DNA from: a virus
Virus record (IMG/VR): IMGVR_UViG_3300037467_000561
Strand: one strand, 5' to 3'
Length of the DNA: 64,000 bases
The notes beneath the pieces were generated by a model. That model saw only the letters and a list, made by a program, of their open reading frames with translations. It had not been told where the DNA came from and searched no databases. Shown piece by piece: positions 48,881 through 58,560 of this stretch; the stretch's first letter is position 1; the number at the start of each line of letters is the position of its first letter. The position numbers and the translations under genes are program-made.

Positions 48881-49347
48881 TGCAAATTGATGACCATTAC
48901 TGGAACGTTTATGCTTTCAATAACATCGCTGGCAACCTCAGCAATGTTGATGCGAACAGCCTAGAAGCACAAATTAAAGTGGTTGTAGAGGAAGTAAAAG
49001 AGCTTGAGAAAGCGTATGCTGACAAGGACGCTGTAGGGCTTCTTGACGGAGTGTGCGATGCGTTTGTCACAGTTGTTGGGCTGATGCAGAAGATGCAATC
49101 GGCGGGCTTCGATGTGGACAAAGCTATTGAACGTGTGTGCATCAACAATCTGGAAAAATATCCTACGCAGATGCTAAGTAGTGATTTAGATAAGTACTAT
49201 CAGAAAGGTTGGGACGTGCTTTACAACAACGAGTATGATTGTTATGCGCTGAAGGATAAGAACGGGAAAGTTCGCAAACCTGATGGTTTTGTGCCAGTAG
49301 AAATCTCCGATCTAGTGCCTGTTAATTTCTTCGGAGGTGAAGCGTGA
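48880..49347 (+). CDS. MazG-like nucleotide pyrophosphohydrolase
   Basis: 155 aa. EEVKELEKAY...LLDGVCDAFVTVVG gives the helical MazG EExxE...D pattern. Confidence 0.6.
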   Translation: MQIDDHYWNVYAFNNIAGNLSNVDANSLEAQIKVVVEEVKELEKAYADKDAVGLLDGVCDAFVTVVGLMQKMQSAGFDVDKAIERVCINNLEKYPTQMLSSDLDKYYQKGWDVLYNNEYDCYALKDKNGKVRKPDGFVPVEISDLVPVNFFGGEA

Positions 49348-49925
49348 AAACTATCAGCGTTACTGATCTTAAACTTATTGACGGCCTGAGCCATCTCAAC
49401 TACATGGAAATGGTACATCCTTCCAACGACCAGCTTGTTGGCAAATACCTTGACATGATTGGCATCGACATCACTAAACCGTTGGAGTATCGAGCATACC
49501 AGCACCGTAATTTGCAAGGGCAAGTTGTTGTTAACTTTCTTATCGCAGGCGACTTGAAGCTTGACCGTAAGAGTCTTACAAGTCAGTTTAGCACGTACGA
49601 AGATCGACTTATTGCTTCGTCTATTTACGACCGCTCCTTGTTTGAGCAACTTCACGAGCTTGGCAACACATCGCCAACTTACGGCGGAAATGCATTGGAT
49701 GACAATATCCCTGTCAAGGAAGCTGAGGAATACAAAGAGGAAGAACTAAAGATTGCGAATGAGATTGCACAACTAGAAGAAATCTTGTACCATATCCGAG
49801 GGAGCCAAGTTAACCCGGACGGCAGCTTTAAAAGTATGGAAGACTATGTTAATCCCAAACCTGCTGAGAAACGTAGGAAGAAACATAAAAGCCGTAAGAA
49901 TGTAGAAGGAAATATTGATGAGTAA
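49344..49925 (+). CDS. hypothetical protein (193 aa), basic C-terminus
   Basis: Coupled ORF. Confidence 0.55.
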   Translation: MKTISVTDLKLIDGLSHLNYMEMVHPSNDQLVGKYLDMIGIDITKPLEYRAYQHRNLQGQVVVNFLIAGDLKLDRKSLTSQFSTYEDRLIASSIYDRSLFEQLHELGNTSPTYGGNALDDNIPVKEAEEYKEEELKIANEIAQLEEILYHIRGSQVNPDGSFKSMEDYVNPKPAEKRRKKHKSRKNVEGNIDE

Positions 49926-50916
49926 AAAAGAACCTCGCATCAAAACACACACTAACAGTTATGTAACGTATTACCCGCAGTTTGTAGAGTTCGCCAACAC
50001 GCAACTTGAGAAATGCTTCTGGACAGCGAATGAAATCGCTATGGAAAAAGACAAGCAGGATATGCTAGTCAACATGACAGACGCTGAGCGGCATGCTGTT
50101 ACCACTGCATTGAAGCTTTTTGTCAAGTATGAGATTTTTGTTGGCACTGAATACTGGATGACTCGGGTGATGAACAAATACCCGCGACCGGAGATTCAAC
50201 GCATGGCATCGGTGTTTGGCATGATGGAGTTGGCAGTGCATGCCCCGTTCTACAACAAGTTGAATGAAGTCCTTGGCCTCAATACTGACGAGTTCTACAC
50301 AAGCTACATTGATGACCCTGTGCTAAATGAGCGTGTTGAATTTCTTGACAAGGCTGTGGATGGGCAAGATGATTTGCTGAGTCTCGCAACGTTTAGCATG
50401 CTTGAAGGTGCTGTTCTCTTCAGCAGCTTTGCAATGTTTAAGAATTTCCAGAGCAACGGCAACAATCTTATCAGCAATACGGTGCGAGGTATCAACCAAA
50501 GTCTGATTGATGAAGGTTTGCACCAACAAGCGGGGGCGGCACTCTTCAAGCAAGTTGTTAAAGAGACGAAGCTTAAAAAGGAAGAGTTAGACAGCCTGCA
50601 TGAAGAGATTAAGCTTGTTGCAGGAGTCCTGCTGGAGCATGAAGAACGTATTGTTGATATGCTGTTTGAGAAAGGTCCGCTGCGTGGCATCACGGCTGAA
50701 CAGATGAAATCTTTTGTAGCTCACCGTGTCAACGTATGTCTAGACTCACTAGGTGTTGATCCGTGTTTTGAAGTGGTTGACCACACCATTGAAGGGTGGT
50801 TCTACACGTCGGCACAAGGATACCAACAAGTTGACTTCTTTACAGGCGTGGGGCGTGAGTACCAGCGCGGATGGAATGAAAAAGCTTTTGAATGGAATGT
50901 GAAGGAAGATGAATGA
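49918..50916 (+). CDS. nrdB: ribonucleotide reductase small subunit (class I beta)
   Basis: ATG 49918 after AAGGAA. Ferritin-like motifs ...FWTANEI..., MELAVHAPFY, LEGAVLFSSFAM. Confidence 0.85.
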   Translation: MSKKEPRIKTHTNSYVTYYPQFVEFANTQLEKCFWTANEIAMEKDKQDMLVNMTDAERHAVTTALKLFVKYEIFVGTEYWMTRVMNKYPRPEIQRMASVFGMMELAVHAPFYNKLNEVLGLNTDEFYTSYIDDPVLNERVEFLDKAVDGQDDLLSLATFSMLEGAVLFSSFAMFKNFQSNGNNLISNTVRGINQSLIDEGLHQQAGAALFKQVVKETKLKKEELDSLHEEIKLVAGVLLEHEERIVDMLFEKGPLRGITAEQMKSFVAHRVNVCLDSLGVDPCFEVVDHTIEGWFYTSAQGYQQVDFFTGVGREYQRGWNEKAFEWNVKEDE

Positions 50917-53642
50917 CTGAAAACCTCTACGAGAAATTTAGCCAAGAACGAAAAGAAGGGCAAGAGAAGGGAACTGTGCCACCGTGGATGAGCACAGCAG
51001 GGTATCAGATGTTTGTGCAGAAGTATTTGCATCAAGCGGAGCATCCTAAAGAGCAGTTCTTGCGAATTGCGAGCACGGCTGCTAAGCATGCCCCCAAACG
51101 AAAAATTTACGACGAGCATTACAAAGAGTGGTACAATCTACTGACGCCGGAAGACTATTGGCAGCAAAAGTTCTTTGAAGTGTTGTGGCAGGGCTGGGTG
51201 TGCTGCTCTACCCCTGTACTAGCAAACATGGGTACAAATCGCGGTTGTCCAGTTAGTTGTGCAGGAAGTGTGGTGGATGACAGTATCGAAGGCTTCTACG
51301 ACGCTTATCGTGAGATTGCAATCCTGACTAAGCAAGGGTTCGGCACTGCGTCTGATCTGTCCAACATCCGTCCTCGCGGAAGCAAGATCAGTGTTGGCGG
51401 CAAGGCAAGTGGCGTGCTTCCAGTTATCAAGCACTTTGTGCAAGACATGCGAGATGTGGCACAAGGAACGGCGCGTCGAGGTGCATGGGCAGCTTACCTT
51501 GACATTGAGCACGGAGATTTTTGGGAAGTTGTGCAATACCTTGAAGAACAACCTGACGATCTGAACATCGGTTGGATTATTACTGACAAGTTCATTGCCA
51601 AGTTGAAGAAAGGTGGCAAAGAGGCTACCAAGCGATACCAACGGGCTTTGAAAGCGAAGATGATCTTCGGTAAGGGGTATTTCTTCTTTGTCGATAAAGT
51701 CAATCGTCAGCGACCGCAGATGTACAAGGACTTGGGTTTGATGGTGAAAGCAAGCCAGCTTTGTGTAGCCCCAGAAACGCAGATTCTCACGGACGTCGGA
51801 TATCAGACTATTTCTGACATTGAGAATGAGAGCGTGAATGTTTGGAACGGGAAACAGTGGAGCGAGGTTGTGGTTCGTAAAACTGGAGAAAACCAGAGGC
51901 TTATTAAAGTTGTAACTGACTGCGGGCAGACTCTTGAGTGCACCCCTTACCACAAATTCTATGTTAAACGTGGATTCCAACGTAATGGTAAAGTAATCGA
52001 GAAACATGCTTGCGAATTGGTAAAAGGGGATAAGCTAGTCAAGCTTTCAACACCATTTATCGAAGGCGATCAAACTCTTGAGTTGGCGTATCAAAACGGC
52101 TTTTACAGTGGGGACGGTTGTTTCGAGAATGGCAATAGTCGAGTGTATTTGTACGGAGAAAAGCGCAAACTTTCTTGGTTGTTCAAAGACGTGAGTACGA
52201 ATTGGTCTGTTCAAGATAAGCACGACCGGGAATACTTCAATGTTAACGGATTGCAGTTAAAATTCTTCGTCCCTGATGCATCTTACACTATAGACAGCCG
52301 TCTTAAATGGTTTGCCGGCCTATTGGATTCCGATGGGTGCGTGTCCCGTTGTGGAGATTCACAGTGTCTACAAATTGTTTCTACTCAACCAGGGTTTTTG
52401 GAGGCAGTACAATTGATGCTCCAAACTCTAGGAGTGCAGTCAAAGGTTAAACATGCCCGCGATGCAGGGGAATACAAGCTTCCTGCAAATGACGGCACAG
52501 GCGATCTGAAAATGTATGACTGTAAGGCTGTTAAGAGACTGTTAATCTCAGGGGTGGGTATTGTTACTTTGAAGAGTTTAGGTCTAGAAACACACAGGGT
52601 TCAAATTTCTGACCATGTTCCGAACCGAAATGCAGAAAACTTCGTAAAAGTGCTGGAAGTTGTTGATGAAGGTCGTGTAGATAATACATACTGTTTTAAT
52701 GAGCCTCTTCTTCACATGGGAGTTTTTAATGGAATCTTGACAGGGAATTGCTCCGAAATTATGCTGCACAGCAGTCTTGATTACACTTACACTTGTGTGC
52801 TGTCGTGGATGAATCTGGCCCGCTATGATGAGTGGAAAGATACGGATGCCGTGTTTGTTGGCACTGTGTTCTTGGACTGCGTTATCTCCGAGTTCATTGA
52901 GCAAGCATCTAAGATTCGGGGCATGGAAAAGGCAGTTGCATCCACTGTGAAAGGTCGCGCGATTGGCCTAGGTGCAGGTGGATTCCACACGTACTTGCAA
53001 GAGCACATGATGGAGTTTGGAAGCGTTGATGCACACATGTTCAACGCCCGTGTCTTCAAACAGATTGATGAGCAATCTTTGGAGGCATCTAAGTGGTTGG
53101 CTAAAGAATTGGGAGAGCCCGAGTGGTGCAAAGGATACGGCGTACGATTCACTCACCGTATGGCTGTGGCGCCTACCAAGAGTACTGCACTGATCTACGG
53201 AGGTATTAGTGAGGGCATCAATCCCGACGTAGCTATGAGTTTTACGCAGCTTACGGCGGCTGGGGAAATGGATCGTGTCAATCCTACACTGCTAAAGTTG
53301 ATTAAGGACAAAGGTTTGGACGTTGAGGCGTGCATTCGTGACACGGTTAAGAGTCAAGGCAGTGTGCAGCACGTCGATTGGCTTACCGACGATGAGAAGC
53401 GTGTGTTCAAAACAGCATTTGAGATTAACCAGAAAGACATTATTCGTCTTGCTGCAACTCGACAGAAATACATTGACCAGGGACAGAGCACAAATTTGTT
53501 CTTTGCGGGTAACGCTGACGAGAAGTTGATTTCGGAGATTCACCAAGAGGCGTTTGAGAATGAGAACATTCTTAGCTTGTACTATGTGTACTCGTCTCGT
53601 GGTGTTGTAAGTAGCAGTGGTGAATGTGTTGCGTGTCAGTAA
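50913..53642 (+). CDS. nrdA: ribonucleotide reductase large subunit (class I alpha), intein-containing precursor
   Basis: 909 aa. Exteins join as KASQL|CSEIML (compare the SNLCxEI active-site loop). C-terminal CxxC (ECVACQ). No ATP-cone. About 580 aa after splicing. Confidence 0.88.
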   Translation: MTENLYEKFSQERKEGQEKGTVPPWMSTAGYQMFVQKYLHQAEHPKEQFLRIASTAAKHAPKRKIYDEHYKEWYNLLTPEDYWQQKFFEVLWQGWVCCSTPVLANMGTNRGCPVSCAGSVVDDSIEGFYDAYREIAILTKQGFGTASDLSNIRPRGSKISVGGKASGVLPVIKHFVQDMRDVAQGTARRGAWAAYLDIEHGDFWEVVQYLEEQPDDLNIGWIITDKFIAKLKKGGKEATKRYQRALKAKMIFGKGYFFFVDKVNRQRPQMYKDLGLMVKASQLCVAPETQILTDVGYQTISDIENESVNVWNGKQWSEVVVRKTGENQRLIKVVTDCGQTLECTPYHKFYVKRGFQRNGKVIEKHACELVKGDKLVKLSTPFIEGDQTLELAYQNGFYSGDGCFENGNSRVYLYGEKRKLSWLFKDVSTNWSVQDKHDREYFNVNGLQLKFFVPDASYTIDSRLKWFAGLLDSDGCVSRCGDSQCLQIVSTQPGFLEAVQLMLQTLGVQSKVKHARDAGEYKLPANDGTGDLKMYDCKAVKRLLISGVGIVTLKSLGLETHRVQISDHVPNRNAENFVKVLEVVDEGRVDNTYCFNEPLLHMGVFNGILTGNCSEIMLHSSLDYTYTCVLSWMNLARYDEWKDTDAVFVGTVFLDCVISEFIEQASKIRGMEKAVASTVKGRAIGLGAGGFHTYLQEHMMEFGSVDAHMFNARVFKQIDEQSLEASKWLAKELGEPEWCKGYGVRFTHRMAVAPTKSTALIYGGISEGINPDVAMSFTQLTAAGEMDRVNPTLLKLIKDKGLDVEACIRDTVKSQGSVQHVDWLTDDEKRVFKTAFEINQKDIIRLAATRQKYIDQGQSTNLFFAGNADEKLISEIHQEAFENENILSLYYVYSSRGVVSSSGECVACQ
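51762..52748 (+). mobile_element. intein with LAGLIDADG homing endonuclease domain (329 aa)
   Basis: Begins CVAPETQILT, ends ...FNGILTGN followed by Cys. Two LAGLIDADG motifs (LAYQNGFYSGDGC; LKWFAGLLDSDGCV). Inserted immediately before the conserved active-site Cys codon. Confidence 0.85.
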
Positions 53643-53651
53643 AGGGAAATT

Positions 53652-53900
53652 ATGATTATTGTATATTCTATGGAAGGTTGCGCTCAATGCGTTCAAGCTG
53701 CAAAACTCCTTGAACGAAAAGGTGTGCCATTTAAAGTTATCAAGATTGATGAGGACTTTGAAGCTTACGAATTTCTTAAGCGTGAAGGTCATCGCAGCAT
53801 GCCTCAAATTTACCGAGACGATAAGCTTTTTATTCAAGGTGGATATTCCGGCCTTACCAAGCTTACAGACGAACAGTTTGAAGCGCTGAAACAATCTTAA
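53652..53900 (+). CDS. glutaredoxin / NrdH-like redoxin
   Basis: 82 aa. IIVYSMEGCAQCVQAKKLL-type CxxC (CAQC). ...MPQIY..D..IGG pattern. Confidence 0.8.
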   Translation: MIIVYSMEGCAQCVQAAKLLERKGVPFKVIKIDEDFEAYEFLKREGHRSMPQIYRDDKLFIQGGYSGLTKLTDEQFEALKQS

Positions 53901-53908
53901 AAATCTTG

Positions 53909-53947
53909 TTGACAAGAGCCTTGCTCATCAGTAGAATGGCTCTTGTC
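53909..53947 (+). promoter_or_regulatory. sigma70-type promoter TTGACA-17-TAGAAT embedded in a 10-bp inverted repeat
   Basis: TTGACAagagccttgctcatcagTAGAAT. Arms GACAAGAGCC (53911-20) and GGCTCTTGTC (53938-47). Confidence 0.6.
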
Positions 53948-53979
53948 GATTTAGACGAACAATCTTAAGGAGAATCTGA

Positions 53980-54150
53980 ATGAACATTGTGACAGTGGAG
54001 TTTAACCTAGACGAAAAAGGTACACAGAAGTACTTCGATATCGTGTCTGTAGATCATACCGATGAAAAGTACTTGAAGCTTGTGCGAGCCACGAGTGTTG
54101 TTATGATTCGCCACAGCTTTGTTTTGAGCGTAACTGTAGAGTCGTACTGA
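53980..54150 (+). CDS. hypothetical protein (56 aa), below the track cutoff
   Basis: AAGGAG RBS. The stop overlaps the next ATG. Confidence 0.45.
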   Translation: MNIVTVEFNLDEKGTQKYFDIVSVDHTDEKYLKLVRATSVVMIRHSFVLSVTVESY

Positions 54151-54434
54151 TGAACATCGCACTCGACTACGACGACACATACACTCGACACCCTTACGTG
54201 TGGGATAAAGTGATTGAAGCTTTCCGCAAGGGCGGCCACAAGGTGTATGTAGTAACTTGGCGTTTTAAAGAAGAGATGCAACAGGTTTACGAAGCATTGG
54301 ACGGGAAAGTTCATGGCTTCTACCCGGCAGGGCGTAAAGCAAAAGAACAGTTTATGTTCGACCAAGGCATTAACATTGATGTTTGGATTGATGACAACCC
54401 AAGAGCAATCTTGGTTTCTATGCAGGGATATTAA
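54150..54434 (+). CDS. small HAD-superfamily phosphatase-like protein (possible nucleotidase)
   Basis: 94 aa. LDYDDT (DxDxT motif I) and VWIDDNP (motif IV-like). Confidence 0.5.
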   Translation: MNIALDYDDTYTRHPYVWDKVIEAFRKGGHKVYVVTWRFKEEMQQVYEALDGKVHGFYPAGRKAKEQFMFDQGINIDVWIDDNPRAILVSMQGY

Positions 54435-54446
54435 GGAGAAATAACA

Positions 54447-54713
54447 ATGGTAAAGAAAGCAATCACCCTCGACATCGGCACTGTGGACGTACAAAAACTC
54501 ACGGGCTACCTTCAACGCGGCATCTCTGTTCTGGCTGAACAGGACTCTTATAAAGAGGACTTCAAAGCTCTGATGGAAGAAGCTACTGACGAACTTAAAG
54601 TGGACAAGAAGTTGCTGACGGCCTTCATCAAGGCTCGCTACAAAGCGAACACTAAAGATATCGTAGCTCAAGCTGAAGCGTTGGATGCGCTGAGCAAGGC
54701 TGTTGACGAGTAA
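54447..54713 (+). CDS. hypothetical helical protein (88 aa)
   Basis: AAGGAG RBS. Confidence 0.55.
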   Translation: MVKKAITLDIGTVDVQKLTGYLQRGISVLAEQDSYKEDFKALMEEATDELKVDKKLLTAFIKARYKANTKDIVAQAEALDALSKAVDE

Positions 54714-54973
54714 ACAATGCCTCGATGCATGTCAAGTGTGACAATGTTGCATATTTCAGTAAACACAATTATACGTTGGAGAAATACAACGCAATAAATC
54801 ACACATATTGCTTGCGTCCAATATACGTGTAGGCATACACTTACATCTAAGCTGATTCGGAACAAGGCGCAACCCTCAGAATCAGACAGAACAAGAGTCG
54901 AACGACCGTGCAGCAAAACTAACAATTCTCTACCAAGAACGCCTGTATAGGCATAACCAAAGGAAAGCTAGAC

Positions 54974-55246
54974 ATGAACATCCTCTCGACCGCAAACGTC
55001 ATCCTGACCCTCCTGCCGATCATCACCGACACTGTGAAGAATGTCGAAGCGGCTGTTGGCTCCGGCAACGGCGCTCAGAAGAAAGACCTCGCAATCGGCA
55101 TCATCAAGTCGATCTACGAAGCATCCAACCCGCCAGTTGCTTTTGACGCCATTGTCAGCCATATCACGGAAGTGATTGCAGCAGTTGTAACGTTCTACAA
55201 CAGCATTAAGGCATTCCCGAAAGCTGTTCAGCAAGCAGCAGCATAA
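54974..55246 (+). CDS. hypothetical protein (90 aa), hydrophobic N-terminus
   Basis: AAAGGAAAG RBS. Preceded by a 260-nt ORF-free leader. Confidence 0.5.
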   Translation: MNILSTANVILTLLPIITDTVKNVEAAVGSGNGAQKKDLAIGIIKSIYEASNPPVAFDAIVSHITEVIAAVVTFYNSIKAFPKAVQQAAA

Positions 55247-55250
55247 GCTG

Positions 55251-55288
55251 CAAATAAAAATGCCCCGACACCACTAAGGTGAAGGGGC
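55251..55288 (-). terminator. intrinsic terminator of the late (lysis/tail) operon
   Basis: rc reads GCCCC...GGGGC then ATTTTTATTTG. Confidence 0.65.
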
Positions 55289-55404
55289 GAAGGTAAGCGA
55301 CTCTACCAAGTCTGCTTCAAGGAAAGCGAGAGGGCCGAGCTAAGGATTCCTCTCGCCATTATTATATTCGACATTTCAAAGTGACGTCAACACCTTTGAT
55401 GCTG

Positions 55405-55866
55405 TCAAGCGTCTGAGTGAAGTCCGTTGTCAACAGAGACAATAGGCTTGCTGTGTTCTCTTGCCCATGCGATAGCGCGCTGTCTTGTATCATCGTCAAT
55501 AGATGATTGTCGAACCTCGGAATCGCTGACAGGCGACACTTCGGCGGGCTTTTCTTCGGCAGGTTGCTCAACACTTGGCACAGACGATTCGGCCTCTCGT
55601 ACGGCTCCCGCTGGCAAGCCGATGTGTTTGGTTGTCGCAACGGTGAGGCCAACGTTAACGAGGGCAAGTACGCCAATTGCAATATCAGCACAAGTCTGCA
55701 TATCGATGCCAAAGTCATATCCAAAGGCCTTTGCTAGTTGAACCAACGCGAACAAAAACGCAGCCACCATATTTGCCGACACTTGGTGAGCCTTCCACGC
55801 CTTCGGGTTGTCCACCGACTCCCCTGCTTGCATTACAGCCCACAGCGCTTTCAATTTATCCAACAT
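55405..55866 (-). CDS. membrane protein of the lysis cassette (153 aa)
   Basis: Two TM segments (MVAAFLFALVQLA; IAIGVLALVNVGLTVA). Directly downstream of the endolysin gene. Exact role (holin, antiholin or spanin-like) is unresolved. Confidence 0.55.
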   Translation of the reverse strand: MLDKLKALWAVMQAGESVDNPKAWKAHQVSANMVAAFLFALVQLAKAFGYDFGIDMQTCADIAIGVLALVNVGLTVATTKHIGLPAGAVREAESSVPSVEQPAEEKPAEVSPVSDSEVRQSSIDDDTRQRAIAWAREHSKPIVSVDNGLHSDA

Positions 55867-56272
55867 GATGTTTCCTTAACTCTTCTAGGGTGTGCCCTGC
55901 TTCTTGTAGATGTGCCATCTCTTTGAAGCTGACCCAGCGACCAGCCCACTCCAGTCCAAGCGACTCGCCAATCTCGCCACACTTAGTGAACGTCTTGATG
56001 TCACTCCACTGGCATTTCCCGTTGACAATAGGGCAAAAATCAAATGCTACGCGGAAATTGTGGAATGACTGTCCCGCTTTCGCATTCGTCACAATCGGAC
56101 CCTTCGTAGTACGCCCCTGCGCGTACAGTGCGTCTTGCGATTCCGCATCCCTATACGTCGATGTGATAATGACATCGATTCCCGCCTCTTTACACTTCTC
56201 GATAAACTGCTGACACTTGACCTTCATAGCGGGTGTCAAGTCGTCTAGTGATCTGCTGTTAATCATAATCAC
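55856..56272 (-). CDS. endolysin, peptidase M15 (VanY / L-Ala-D-Glu peptidase type)
   Basis: 138 aa. ITSTYRDAESQDALYAQGR, SFHNFRVAFD (Hx6D), final His in EMAHLQ. Confidence 0.85.
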   Translation of the reverse strand: MIMINSRSLDDLTPAMKVKCQQFIEKCKEAGIDVIITSTYRDAESQDALYAQGRTTKGPIVTNAKAGQSFHNFRVAFDFCPIVNGKCQWSDIKTFTKCGEIGESLGLEWAGRWVSFKEMAHLQEAGHTLEELRKHHVG

Positions 56273-56550
56273 TCCCTCTGTTCAATCATCTTATTCAGAC
56301 GCTCATCAATCCGGTCCAGGCGGGCGTCGAGCTTCGTGCCGTAGGCCTCAAAAGCCTTGTTGATGTCTCTCAGGGCGTCTTTTAGTTCTGCACTGGAAGC
56401 ATAAGTTTCTGCTACGTGCACCTTGTACACTGCCAAATCGTTTTCCACTTTGTCAGCCTTCTTCTTCGTCTCTGTCAACAAAAACCACAACACAACACAC
56501 AAAGCCCCCAACAGCGCCTGAATAGGTCCAACCAACATCGCATAGTCCAT
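56269..56550 (-). CDS. putative holin-like membrane protein (93 aa)
   Basis: ATG 56550. One N-terminal TM (LVGPIQALLGALCVVLWFLL) plus a coiled coil. Immediately upstream of the endolysin gene. Confidence 0.5.
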   Translation of the reverse strand: MDYAMLVGPIQALLGALCVVLWFLLTETKKKADKVENDLAVYKVHVAETYASSAELKDALRDINKAFEAYGTKLDARLDRIDERLNKMIEQRE

Positions 56551-56551
56551 A

Positions 56552-57061
56552 CTAATCTTTCGTAACAAATTTAAGAGGGTAGCCTAGCGATAATGCGCGT
56601 TGGACTACGGCGGCAGGAGTGGCTTTACTCCCAAGATCAAGCCCCGACAGCTTTCGCATGCAAATGGTTAGTTCAGCACACTCCCAGCGTTCAGAGCAGC
56701 CGATACGCAACAGGTCAAGCTGCCCTTCAATCGCCTCAAGCTTGCTGTACTCCTCTCCCACTTTAGAGAGGCCGTACTCTCGTTCTTGCTGTGTCATAGG
56801 CTTATCTGGCACTGCAATCCAAAAGAAACCATAGTCCAGATATTTCTCCAGCGGGTTCAAACCAACCGACGGAACAACTGCCTCTAAGACGTATGGAGAA
56901 TCCCTATCACTGCCAGCAACAACGCAAACGTGGCTGTACTCCGACTCAGTTACGATGCGAACAATGTGAGATTCAATGTCAGAGATAGATGCCCAAGGCT
57001 GATGGGAGCAAGCAATAAGATCACCACTCTTAATAAGAGATTTAGCTTCAGAAAATTTCAT
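56552..57061 (-). CDS. papain-like (NlpC/P60 or YiiX-type) cysteine peptidase-like protein
   Basis: ATG 57061 after GAGGAGG. GDLIACSH...YSHVCVV...LEAV pattern. Confidence 0.45.
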   Translation of the reverse strand: MKFSEAKSLIKSGDLIACSHQPWASISDIESHIVRIVTESEYSHVCVVAGSDRDSPYVLEAVVPSVGLNPLEKYLDYGFFWIAVPDKPMTQQEREYGLSKVGEEYSKLEAIEGQLDLLRIGCSERWECAELTICMRKLSGLDLGSKATPAAVVQRALSLGYPLKFVTKD

Positions 57062-57065
57062 GACG

Positions 57066-57890
57066 TCAAACCTCCTCGATTTCAATAGTGGCAGCTACAT
57101 ATGAAAAGTATGGAGTCGACATTGAAGGACTCGTAGCAAGCTTCCCATAAATCATGTGCACAGCTTCAAGGCTCGCATCAGAATTGTTCGGATACAGTGA
57201 TAAGAAGATGGGTTTGCTCATGCCATTGCCAAACAGAATATCCCACAGTTGCTTACGCGAAGCTGGCTCAATACTGGCAAGATTCAAAGCCTGTTTACGA
57301 TGTTTTGTGCCAACGTAAGTGTAAAGGTCGCCTGCATCTGTTCTTGTATGGGAACTTGTATCTGCCACTTGCAGTGTCGTACCTTGAGCCTCTACAACCG
57401 ACGGTGTCCAGCTATTGCCAATAACAAGTCGGCTGGCTTCAAAATACGCAGCAAGATTGTTCGTGTCAGTGATCGTGATAACCACCTTTTGTGCTGTCAC
57501 TTTGCTGCTGAGCCAAAGCCTCGCATACACGCCGCCGCCATACGCAAAGCTATTTACACCCTGCCCGGATGCCCATGATAGGGTAGATGCGGATGGGCAG
57601 CATGTTAGAGCACCTGTATCCAATGCGGGGTCAGTATCTGTGCTGACAGTGTAGAACTGCGCCTGCATCGTGGCTGTAGAGCTACCATTGGTGAATGCGA
57701 GAGCAATACCGTCAATAGTTTCGGCAGTAGACCACGTAGCAGTGATGGTGAGTGTTTTGTTAGTGCTGCGGCAAACTTTAGATTTAATATCACTTTTAAG
57801 ATTTGCAACAGGAAGGCCACTGGCCGTAGCAGAGGAGGAAAGTGTCGCCCTATCTGCCGCATTATCGTAAATTACTCGTAGATTAGACAA
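57066..57890 (-). CDS. tail-associated structural protein (274 aa)
   Basis: TTG start after AAGGAGAG. Position in the tail module. VANLKSDIKSKVCRS N-terminal motif. Confidence 0.45.
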   Translation of the reverse strand: MSNLRVIYDNAADRATLSSSATASGLPVANLKSDIKSKVCRSTNKTLTITATWSTAETIDGIALAFTNGSSTATMQAQFYTVSTDTDPALDTGALTCCPSASTLSWASGQGVNSFAYGGGVYARLWLSSKVTAQKVVITITDTNNLAAYFEASRLVIGNSWTPSVVEAQGTTLQVADTSSHTRTDAGDLYTYVGTKHRKQALNLASIEPASRKQLWDILFGNGMSKPIFLSLYPNNSDASLEAVHMIYGKLATSPSMSTPYFSYVAATIEIEEV

Positions 57891-57948
57891 TCAATCTCTC
57901 CTTTAACAATGTTATAGATTATAACACTCTTAATGCTTTAAGTCAAAA

Positions 57949-58560
57949 TTAGACAGCTTGAGAAAGCACGGCGAACAGATCGGACTTGGCAGTATTAACT
58001 CTGTCAGCAACGGCTTGTTCAGTGGCAGCATGCCTAACATCCTCTTTAGCAATCAACCTGATTTTCCTGATGGATTCTAGCAAGCCATACCAATTGTCCG
58101 CTGTGCTGATGATATTGTCGGCAGCTTGCTGTGCTGTCCAATTGTCCCTCCACTTAGCATCAACCCAACTTTGAACGCACGATGGGACGTTATCAGCAGG
58201 GTATCCAGCAGTCTTAAACTCACGTGCTTGTTGCTCCGCACGGAGATATTCAGCCGTGTTGGTCTGCTTGGAAAGCACTAACATTCTCACGTTATCTGCT
58301 GCATCATCAATTTGAGAAATGGCATGAGCTATAATGTCTTCAATAGAAACAACCCACACAGGCGCATCATGCCATTCCAGCACGGCATTAGGTGTAGGGC
58401 CATCGCTTAAGCGCAGATCGCCTTGCCAAGAGTAGTAAACAATATTATCCTCGTTCAGAGGTGGCGCGTTCATTGGCCCTTCCAGATCAGGGGCATCTGG
58501 CCTACCCACGCCAAACAGAACTTGGTTTGTGGTTTTATCGACAGCTATGAATTGAGTCAT
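57949..58560 (-). CDS. tail fiber assembly / chaperone-like protein (203 aa)
   Basis: ATGA-coupled to the fiber gene. The C-terminal helical region resembles DUF4376-type proteins (recalled, not verified). Confidence 0.4.
   Translation of the reverse strand: MTQFIAVDKTTNQVLFGVGRPDAPDLEGPMNAPPLNEDNIVYYSWQGDLRLSDGPTPNAVLEWHDAPVWVVSIEDIIAHAISQIDDAADNVRMLVLSKQTNTAEYLRAEQQAREFKTAGYPADNVPSCVQSWVDAKWRDNWTAQQAADNIISTADNWYGLLESIRKIRLIAKEDVRHAATEQAVADRVNTAKSDLFAVLSQAV

Noticed and set aside
51219-54671. Antisense ORFs within nrdA, grx and the HAD region (51219-52007 -, 53292-53915 -, 54054-54671 -).
   Set aside because: These are shadow ORFs opposite motif-supported genes.
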